The notes under the pieces are model-generated. The model searched no databases. It was given only the letters and a program-made list of their open reading frames with translations, and was not told the origin of the DNA. From contig MFHL01000004.1 of assembly GCA_001778595.1 (NCBI GenBank), positions 9,235 through 48,598 on the forward strand: a DNA stretch of 39,364 bases. Reading direction: 5' to 3'. This DNA is from Candidatus Giovannonibacteria bacterium RIFCSPHIGHO2_02_FULL_44_11 (GTDB lineage Bacteria; Patescibacteriota; Minisyncoccia; UBA11713; 2-01-FULL-45-33). Every line of letters starts with the position of its first letter. Within the stretch, counting starts at the first letter, position 1. Of this stretch, positions 33,150-39,364 are shown piece by piece. The position numbers and the translations under genes are program-made.

Positions 33150-34331
33150 TTAAAAAATGAATCCTATAATTTTTGTTGCTCTCTTCTCCCAAGTATAACT
33201 CTGAACATCCTCATATGCTCTCGCCGCCAATTGTCGGCCTAAAGCAGAGTCATTCAATATTTTTTCAATTCCGGCCGCCAAAGCCTTGGGGTTCCCTGCT
33301 TCAACCAAAATGGCATTATTTTCGTTTAAAACTTCTCTGACACTGGGAAGATTTGACGCGACAATGGGGCGCTTGGAGGCCATATACTCAAACATTTTCA
33401 TCGGAGACATATAGTAGGAATAATGAGTGGTTTTGGGGAAAGGCATAAGCAGGACGTCAAAGGCTTTTTGGTAGAGGGCGAGCTTTGCGCGCGGAACTCT
33501 TTCTATAAATAGATTATTCCCTTCCGTGTAAGTTTTATTTCCTCCGACTGAAACCAAAAAAACATTCTGCCTGCTTTTCAAAATCTCTGCAACAGCCTCT
33601 GTCATATCTTCCAGTCCCTTTCCCATGCCCATAGTGTGCGTGGCGCCCGTATAACCGAGCAAAACCGCATTTTGCGGCAGACCAAGCTTTGCGCGCGCAT
33701 CTTCTTTTGAAATATTGATATCAAATATTTTCAAATCTACCCCGTCGCGAGCAACTAAGATATCAGATTCTTTAAAGCCCTGCCTGCCGGCAGGCAGGCG
33801 GCACTTTTTATAAAGCTCCGCCAAAGTGTTCGTCACGGCAATAACTTTTACGGCTTTTTTTATGAAATATTTATGCAGCCAAATTTTGCTCTGTGGCCAG
33901 CGGTGCGATTCAAAGACCGTTTTGTAGCCGCGGCGCGAAAAAAGAAATACAATTTCCGGATTACGAGAATAAATAACGGAGTCCGCGGAGGATTTTACGG
34001 TTAAAAGCTTTATAAGAAAAAAAATACTCTGAAGAATAAAACCTATTTTTCTTAAAAACAGCGGCGTCATGGCAATAAAATCAGGAGTTAAAATTTGCAT
34101 AACCTTAAAATTTCTTTCAATCCCGTAATATTCAAACAAATCTGCTTTTATTTCATTGCGTCTGGTAGGAATTATCAACTCTATTTCAATTTTATCAGCG
34201 TTATTTCCGCGTTCGTAATCAGCGTATGATCTGTGGCTTTGCGTAGCAAAGCTCTCACACATTTTGGCAACCTGATATCCGTGAGCTTTTTCCGTAGGCA
34301 TGCGGAAGTTGGCGATATAAATCAATTTCAT
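33150..34331 (-). CDS. GT4 glycosyltransferase, tandem paralog of 32054-33145
   Basis: 393 aa. It shares ARAKLGLPQN and ALYQKAFDVLLMPFPKTTHYSYYMSPMKMFEYMASKRPI with its neighbour. It carries the palindrome-encoded insert RLPAGRQG. Confidence 0.85.
   Translation of the reverse strand: MKLIYIANFRMPTEKAHGYQVAKMCESFATQSHRSYADYERGNNADKIEIELIIPTRRNEIKADLFEYYGIERNFKVMQILTPDFIAMTPLFLRKIGFILQSIFFLIKLLTVKSSADSVIYSRNPEIVFLFSRRGYKTVFESHRWPQSKIWLHKYFIKKAVKVIAVTNTLAELYKKCRLPAGRQGFKESDILVARDGVDLKIFDINISKEDARAKLGLPQNAVLLGYTGATHTMGMGKGLEDMTEAVAEILKSRQNVFLVSVGGNKTYTEGNNLFIERVPRAKLALYQKAFDVLLMPFPKTTHYSYYMSPMKMFEYMASKRPIVASNLPSVREVLNENNAILVEAGNPKALAAGIEKILNDSALGRQLAARAYEDVQSYTWEKRATKIIGFIF
33779..33798. repeat. 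Perfect 20-nt palindrome cctgcctgccggcaggcagg inside the GT4 CDS
   Basis: Read directly. It is translated as L-P-A-G-R-Q, and the paralog lacks these residues at the aligned position. Confidence 0.95.
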
Positions 34332-34332
34332 A

Positions 34333-34983
34333 TTATTTTTCCAAAATAAACACGTATCCGAGAGGATATTTTTCCTTAAGCTTCGGTCTCAGTTTAATCA
34401 GCGCAAGGTCAAAATAATAATAAAACGGCAGCGCGATTAATTTTATGAAGCGCGGAAAAGGAAAAGAAGCGTAAATATTATAACTTACAGCGCACGGACC
34501 CAGACCGACCTCTATGATTTGTATGTTTTTAAAACCAGTTTCGCCAAATATATTGCGGAGCGCTTCTTTTGTATATCTGAAATAATCCCGCGGATCCGGA
34601 TGGTAACTCATCATAAAAGGCACAAAACCCAAAACTTGCCGGCCGGGCTTCAGAACCCTTTTTATCTCGCCCGCCAAAAACCTATAGTTATAAATATGTT
34701 CAAAAAGATTAAAAACCAAAACATGGTCAATGGACCCGTCGGAATAAGGCAGCGGATCTTTCTCAAGGTCTATAGTTTTACCGATTTCATGCAGACTTTT
34801 AAAGTCAATATTGATGATTTCAGCACCTTCTTCTTTTTTTAAAAACTCAAAATAACTGGGATTCACTCCCCCGCCGATATCCAAAACTTTTCCGCGGACG
34901 GAATAGTTGGCGAGCTCCAGATTCATTAAGGTTCGCAGGAGACTTTTTTTGCGCCAAATACCTTTTGCTATTTTTAAAATCAT
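34333..34983 (-). CDS. Class I SAM-dependent methyltransferase (type 11-like)
   Basis: 216 aa. VLDIGGGVNP, DHVLVFNLFEHI and LKPGR. Confidence 0.75.
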   Translation of the reverse strand: MILKIAKGIWRKKSLLRTLMNLELANYSVRGKVLDIGGGVNPSYFEFLKKEEGAEIINIDFKSLHEIGKTIDLEKDPLPYSDGSIDHVLVFNLFEHIYNYRFLAGEIKRVLKPGRQVLGFVPFMMSYHPDPRDYFRYTKEALRNIFGETGFKNIQIIEVGLGPCAVSYNIYASFPFPRFIKLIALPFYYYFDLALIKLRPKLKEKYPLGYVFILEK

Positions 34984-37271
34984 GTTTTTTTGAATAAATC
35001 TATAAATTCTTTAACGCCCTTTGCAACATCAAAGTTTTGGGCGTAATCAACGCAATCTCTCTCCGCTTTCTCATATAACGCTTTATCGGACAAAAGTATA
35101 TTTATTTTATCCCGGAAGCATTTAACATCTTCCGGTTTGCATAAAAATTGAACAAGGCTTTCGGGAATCAATTCCCTGATGCCGCCGATGTCGGAAGCGA
35201 CAAACGGCGTCCCCGAAGCCATTGCTTCCAATATAACACGCGGAGAGCCCTCTTCGCGCGAAGGCATGAAAAATATATCCGCGGCATGAAAAAATTTAGG
35301 GATTTCGCTATTCGACACTTTGCCAAGAACTTTAATATTAGGAACTCCGCATTTTTCCAGATTTTCTTTTTCAGGTCCGTCGCCCACAACCAAAAACAAA
35401 ACGTCATCACCGAATCCTTTCGCGATTTCAGGAATTAAATCCGCGCCTTTGCGTTTGGAAAGATGATGGACGAAAAGCGCAATGTGTTTGCCTGAATTTG
35501 GCGAAGGAGGAAGTTTTGCAAGACCTTGCGCAGCACGACGGTGCGAGCAGAGCAATTCGCCAACAGGCGAATATGCGTGTCCTTGCAAAACTTCGCTCCG
35601 AGACAAATTCGCTACTGGCGCGAATCTTTTCACATCCACCCAATTTGATACAACGCGGTATTCTTTTACGCCGTAACGCTCCGTATATTCTTTCGCCAAA
35701 GACTCCGGCCCCGTTACTAAAATAGTGTGCCGTAATACAAACCTAAGCAGTTTCTCTTCAAACCAACTCCTTTTGAACAGCCACGGCATTCCGCGGTTCC
35801 AATAAAAAACTTTTCCTCCCTGCCTCGCCGGCAGGCAGGCCACAAGCCAAGCGGAGAGCGCTCCATAATAAGAATAATGCACGTAGAAATTTTTATAGCC
35901 TGAAAGGCGGAGCCTTAAACAGATAAACAGCATTTCCAAAAATCTTAACGGCGGAAATTTAAATTTTTGGACATAAGCTGATGCCCCCAAATGTCGAACA
36001 TTCGATGTTCGACATTTCTCGACTATAACAAACAAATCCAACTCATTCCCTGCCGCCAATCTTTTAATCATCAGATAATTATAAAAAAAGTGGGTATCCG
36101 TACCCTCTTCATAAAGAGGCAAAACATAGCAAACTTTTGATTTGGTGAGATTTTTTAGAAGCCCGGCATAAAGTTCCAAATATTTTTCTTTTGACATGGG
36201 GCTTGGAAAAGAATTTTCCGCGCTTTTTTTAAATTTTGCCAATTGTTCCGGATTTGCAATAAATTGCGATATCCGCAGTGCCAAAGCGCGGCTATCCCCG
36301 ACAGGTACAATTGCCGCGTTAACGCCGTCTTTTATGATTTCGTGCCCGCGCACAACATCAGTCACAATAACCGGAAGACCGGACGCAAGAGCTTCAATGG
36401 GTGCGAGTGGCCAACCTTCATAAAACGAGGTCAAAAGAAACAGGTCGGCAGTTTTATAATACGAAATCAGAGTTTCAAAATCTACCGCAGACTCAAAAAT
36501 AACTGATTCTTTCAATCCAAGGCTGTCCGCCAAAATCCGCAAGCGCTCTTTTTCCGGCCCGTCACCGACGATTAAAAGCATTGGTCTCGCTGTACCGTCA
36601 AATTTTTCAAGGACACGCATATCCCGCTGCTGCGGGATTGCTCTGCTCGCGCCGTCGCGCTGCGCAAGGTCTTGAAAAACTTGAGCTACAGCTCCGACCG
36701 CCATATCAATATTTTTTTCTTTCGTAATACGCGAGGCCATTAAAATAATAAATTTACCGGGATATTTTTTGTGTAAATCAATTTTTACGGCGGTTTTTCT
36801 GATCTTTTCAATATCAACAAATACCGGAAGAACCGCAACGCGGCCGGCGAGCGATTTATCATAATCCGCTATGGATTCTTTGATTTTCTCCGAAACCACG
36901 CGGATGCCATCCGCGCGCGGAAGCAAAAACTTAATCAGAAAAACGCGAATCTTGTTCAACACCGAGTGTTTGATAAAATGCGGGCTGAAAATATCGGTAT
37001 GAATCTGCATTTGCCACGGGACGCCGTATATTTTAGAAAATACCCATGCGAGCGCGGCGTGCTCCGGGCTTTGGGCCGTAATTACATCGGGTTTTTTCCG
37101 CCGCATGATTTTCAGCCCGCGGAAAAATCCGTAAATATAATTAAAAATATTTCCCCGGCAAATCAAAATATCCAGCCCGCCGAAAGCCCGGCGGTACTCT
37201 TCCATTCTTTTAGCAACCGCGGACTCCGGGTCCAAAACTCCCGGATCCCCGCTTATCATCAGAACCATCAT
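34980..37271 (-). CDS. Fused double GT4 glycosyltransferase (two complete GT4 modules)
   Basis: 763 aa. Module 1: LLIVGDGPEKERL...LLTSFYEGWPLAPIEALASGLPVIVTD. Module 2: LFLVVGDGPEKENL...FFMPSREEGSPRVILEAMASGTPFVASD. It contains three repeat insertions (35513-35591, 35819-35839, 36602-36680). Confidence 0.85.
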   Translation of the reverse strand: MMVLMISGDPGVLDPESAVAKRMEEYRRAFGGLDILICRGNIFNYIYGFFRGLKIMRRKKPDVITAQSPEHAALAWVFSKIYGVPWQMQIHTDIFSPHFIKHSVLNKIRVFLIKFLLPRADGIRVVSEKIKESIADYDKSLAGRVAVLPVFVDIEKIRKTAVKIDLHKKYPGKFIILMASRITKEKNIDMAVGAVAQVFQDLAQRDGASRAIPQQRDMRVLEKFDGTARPMLLIVGDGPEKERLRILADSLGLKESVIFESAVDFETLISYYKTADLFLLTSFYEGWPLAPIEALASGLPVIVTDVVRGHEIIKDGVNAAIVPVGDSRALALRISQFIANPEQLAKFKKSAENSFPSPMSKEKYLELYAGLLKNLTKSKVCYVLPLYEEGTDTHFFYNYLMIKRLAAGNELDLFVIVEKCRTSNVRHLGASAYVQKFKFPPLRFLEMLFICLRLRLSGYKNFYVHYSYYGALSAWLVACLPARQGGKVFYWNRGMPWLFKRSWFEEKLLRFVLRHTILVTGPESLAKEYTERYGVKEYRVVSNWVDVKRFAPVANLSRSEVLQGHAYSPVGELLCSHRRAAQGLAKLPPSPNSGKHIALFVHHLSKRKGADLIPEIAKGFGDDVLFLVVGDGPEKENLEKCGVPNIKVLGKVSNSEIPKFFHAADIFFMPSREEGSPRVILEAMASGTPFVASDIGGIRELIPESLVQFLCKPEDVKCFRDKINILLSDKALYEKAERDCVDYAQNFDVAKGVKEFIDLFKKT
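35513..35591 (+). repeat. ~79-bp multi-hairpin palindromic element, copy A (forward), in frame within the CDS
   Basis: gttttgcaag...cttgcaaaac terminal 10-bp inverted repeat, plus internal hairpins gcac-gacg-gtgc and attcgcc-aaca-ggcgaat. 67/79 identical to the reverse complement of 36602-36680. Confidence 0.9.
35819..35839. repeat. Imperfect palindrome cctgcctcgccggcaggcagg inside the CDS
   Basis: Read directly; translated as C-L-P-A-R-Q. Confidence 0.9.
36602..36680 (-). repeat. ~79-bp multi-hairpin palindromic element, copy B (inverted), in frame within the same CDS
   Basis: The reverse complement reads gtttttcaagaccttgcgcagcgcgacggcgcgagcagagcaatcccgcagcagcgggatatgcgtgtccttgaaaaat. It has the same architecture as copy A, with compensatory changes. 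Confidence 0.9.
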
Positions 37272-38419
37272 TGTTTTAAAATTTTTATAGTCTCATTTAT
37301 CATTCTCTCTTTTGAAAATTCTTCCGCTTTTTTCTTGGCATTTTCGGACATTGCAGTGGCAAAACTTTTATCCGACAAAATCTTGTCTATTTTTTCCGCA
37401 AAAGCAAACTTATCGTTAAACTCAACTAAAAATCCTGTTATTCCGTCTATTACAAGCTCCGGGTTCCCTCCCACATCTGTCGTGACGACCGGTACGCCCA
37501 AAGCCATTGCTTCCAATATCTGATGCGACAAACCCTCGTATGACGTATTAAGTGCGAATACATCAGCCGCCCTTAAGTAGTCCAGCACCGCATCGCGCGA
37601 AAGCGCTCCCGTAAATATAACTTTTTCAACAAGCCATGCCCTGTTCCGTACTGATTCCAGGCGGTTTCTTTCCGGTCCTTCGCCGATAATAATAAGTTTT
37701 AAACCCGCACGCTCGTCCAGCGCGTCGCCGAATTTTTTTGAAAGCTCCGGCATTATTTCAATAAGCGCGTCAAATCCTTTCCACGGCACCAACCGCCCGG
37801 CCGATACAATTATTTTTCCTTCCAACCCAATCTGTTTCTTTGCGTCTTCTTTGGAAATTGAGGCTGATGTTCCCTGCGGTGCGTCGAATGCGTTGTAAAT
37901 AACAATGATTTTTTGAGGGTCCACTCCCCATTTTAAAACAACCTTCTTCAGATAATTGCTCGGCACTATGACTTTTTCGGCATTGTTCGCGACCCGGCGC
38001 TCCAATTTTCTGAAAAGCTCAACTTTAAAACCGTATTTTCCTGCCTGCGCAGGCAGGTTTTCTAAAAAATCATCCAAAATTTCTTTGACCCCGAAGCGCC
38101 CGACTCCCTGTTCCCACGCGTAATCCCCGACAATCTTCAGCAAAAACTTTTTTTTCCACAATTTCCCCGCAATCAATGCCGAAATGCCGGAATTTAAAAC
38201 ATCCTGCGCATATATAATATCCGCATTCCGCGCCGCCAAAAGAACTTTAATAAAATAAACCGGCTGGCGCAGAACCCAGGGGTATTTTTTTAATTTTCCG
38301 AACGTAACAACCGTAACCTCTATCCCCTGCCCGGGCAGTTCTTCTTTGAGTAATTTGCTGTATGTCGCGGGCCCGCCGATATCGGGCGGGTAAATGCCCG
38401 TGGCTATTAATATTTTCAT
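37268..38419 (-). CDS. GT4 glycosyltransferase
   Basis: 383 aa. MKILIATGIYPPDIGGPATY, LIIIGEGPERNRL and ALNTSYEGLSHQILEAMALGVPVVTTD. Confidence 0.85.
   Translation of the reverse strand: MKILIATGIYPPDIGGPATYSKLLKEELPGQGIEVTVVTFGKLKKYPWVLRQPVYFIKVLLAARNADIIYAQDVLNSGISALIAGKLWKKKFLLKIVGDYAWEQGVGRFGVKEILDDFLENLPAQAGKYGFKVELFRKLERRVANNAEKVIVPSNYLKKVVLKWGVDPQKIIVIYNAFDAPQGTSASISKEDAKKQIGLEGKIIVSAGRLVPWKGFDALIEIMPELSKKFGDALDERAGLKLIIIGEGPERNRLESVRNRAWLVEKVIFTGALSRDAVLDYLRAADVFALNTSYEGLSHQILEAMALGVPVVTTDVGGNPELVIDGITGFLVEFNDKFAFAEKIDKILSDKSFATAMSENAKKKAEEFSKERMINETIKILKQ
38040..38057. repeat. Perfect 18-nt palindrome cctgcctgcgcaggcagg inside the GT4 CDS
   Basis: Read directly; translated as L-P-A-Q-A-G. 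It is followed by TTTT on the plus (antisense) strand. Confidence 0.95.
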
Positions 38420-39364
38420 AAAAGTTTAATAAAAACGTTTTTTGTCTTTGACGCTACATCGCTCCATAAATATTTTGTGCGGATGAGCGCGCGGGCATTG
38501 CCTATTATCTGCGCTTTTCTTGAGGGAGCCAGAACAAGCGCGGTTCTTATCGCCTCAACAAGGCTGTCAACATTGTCGGGTATGGCCAAAAAACCCGTTC
38601 TACCTTCCCATAAATAATCCGTTATCCCGCCGACCGGCGTGCCGATAGTAATAAGCCCCGCCGCCATTGCTTCCAGAAACGCGCTTCCCAAGCCTTCAGA
38701 ACGCGAGGGACGCACAAAAATATCCGCGCCTGAATAAAGTTTTATCAGATTTTCGTAAGGCACATGGCCCAAAAATTCCACCCTGTCTTTAAGGCCCAGC
38801 GCTTCGCTGAATTCCGCCAAGCTTTTCTTTTCCGGCCCGTCTCCGGCAATAATAACTTTCCAGCCCGAGGCTGGTCCGCCTTGGGCGGAAAAATCACTCT
38901 TCAACCGTGCCGCCGCTTTTAAGAGCACTTCCAGCGCGTTCTTTTTGACGAGCCTTGAAGAAGAAAAAATCACTTTTTCTCCCGGAAATTCCGGACGCGG
39001 AATCAAAAGAAGCCTTTCATCTACTCCGTTGGGTATTATCTCAACTGTTCCGCGGTAACCTTTTTCTTTTACGATTTGCTCGAGATAATTGCTTATCGCA
39101 GTCACATGATTTGCTTTTTTAAGCAGCAGTTTCCACCACAAGGCCGAGAGGCCGAAATTTTTTGCTTTTACATTCCATTCCCCGTCGCCCTCCTGAATAG
39201 TTAGCAGAAATGGAATATTTTTTTTGAATATTTTAACAAAAAACGCGCCCACCGATGCGTACGAAACCATCACACCCCATAAAAGTTTTTTTCTGTCCTT
39301 AAATTCTTTTGTCAGAGCAAAGCCTTTCCGCGCCGCCAAAAAAGGGAACAAAAACATCCGGTCA
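38416..39364 (-). CDS. GT4 glycosyltransferase, probably 5'-truncated by the window edge
   Basis: VIIAGDGPEKKSL...VRPSRSEGLGSAFLEAMAAGLITIGTP. The frame stays open from the ATG at 39355-39357 to the window end, and the usual GT4 N-terminal ~60-80 aa are missing. Confidence 0.8.
   Translation of the reverse strand, partial: DRMFLFPFLAARKGFALTKEFKDRKKLLWGVMVSYASVGAFFVKIFKKNIPFLLTIQEGDGEWNVKAKNFGLSALWWKLLLKKANHVTAISNYLEQIVKEKGYRGTVEIIPNGVDERLLLIPRPEFPGEKVIFSSSRLVKKNALEVLLKAAARLKSDFSAQGGPASGWKVIIAGDGPEKKSLAEFSEALGLKDRVEFLGHVPYENLIKLYSGADIFVRPSRSEGLGSAFLEAMAAGLITIGTPVGGITDYLWEGRTGFLAIPDNVDSLVEAIRTALVLAPSRKAQIIGNARALIRTKYLWSDVASKTKNVFIKLL
38860..38889. repeat. Two abutting 15-nt mini-hairpins (ccagcc-cga-ggctgg and tccgcc-ttg-ggcgga) inside the GT4 CDS
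   Basis: Read directly. This is a GC-rich island in AT-rich coding sequence and encodes SAQGGPASGW. Confidence 0.85.

Noticed and set aside
35252-35263. 12-nt palindrome cttcgcgcgaag
   Set aside because: It encodes the conserved PSREEG (EX7E region) of the GT4 module. It is short and explained by coding constraints.
38372-38390. Near-palindrome cccgccgatatcgggcggg
   Set aside because: It encodes the conserved GT4 N-terminal motif PPDIGGP. The palindromy is a by-product of Pro/Gly codons around GATATC, and this is not a repeat-family member.
1-39364. Search for CRISPR arrays, tRNA or rRNA genes, and riboswitch-sized leaders
   Set aside because: No regularly spaced direct repeats were seen. 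No intergenic gap exceeds about 140 nt. None of the gaps shows cloverleaf-like or conserved leader structure beyond the promoters and terminators listed.

Overview
Low-GC, very gene-dense window that is almost entirely one surface-glycan biosynthesis supercluster. It probably comes from an uncultivated small-genome bacterium; a Patescibacteria/CPR-like origin is inference only. Most genes are on the minus strand and joined by 1-4 nt start/stop overlaps (ATGA, TAATG).

Recognisable blocks, from the left:
- Tail of an initiating sugar-phosphate transferase, interrupted or followed by a RAYT/IS200-like HUH-Y1 transposase unit.
- wecB, then a GT.
- A teichoic-acid-like module: small PK/HpcH-like barrel, TagD-like cytidylyltransferase and TagF-like glycerophosphotransferase.
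- A Trm112-methyltransferase-alpha/alpha-toroid fusion, then a KpsS/KpsC-like protein.
- A pseudaminic-acid-type nonulosonic acid (NulO) pathway split into two parts: pseH/pseI at 9.1-10.7 kb and pseC/pseB at 25.6-27.7 kb.
- A second NeuB-family synthase with an SpsF-type cytidylyltransferase, ATP-grasp, two Gfo/Idh/MocA oxidoreductases, a class-III aminotransferase, a FemAB-like transferase, a GH57-like protein and several SAM methyltransferases.
- A RelE/ParE-type toxin-antitoxin pair.
- Two plus-strand inserts with their own promoters and terminators.
- An MsbA/PglK-like ABC exporter.
- A run of GT4 glycosyltransferases, including a fused double GT4.

No rRNA, tRNA or CRISPR array was seen.

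Most unusual observations:
1. A ~79-bp multi-hairpin element occurs twice, in opposite orientations and in frame, inside the double-GT4 gene. Five compensatory base-pair changes separate the copies, which resembles Rickettsia palindromic elements (RPEs).
2. A family of CCTGCC(T)GC..GCAGGCAGG palindromes has three copies in frame inside GT genes and one copy acting as an intrinsic terminator.
3. The RAYT gene is bracketed by identical perfect palindromes and by a direct duplication of at least 57 bp of the 3' end of the neighbouring gene.
4. A G8 homopolymer lies inside the exporter gene of this AT-rich locus.
5. The enzyme set points to a heavily decorated, possibly aminoacylated, NulO glycan.
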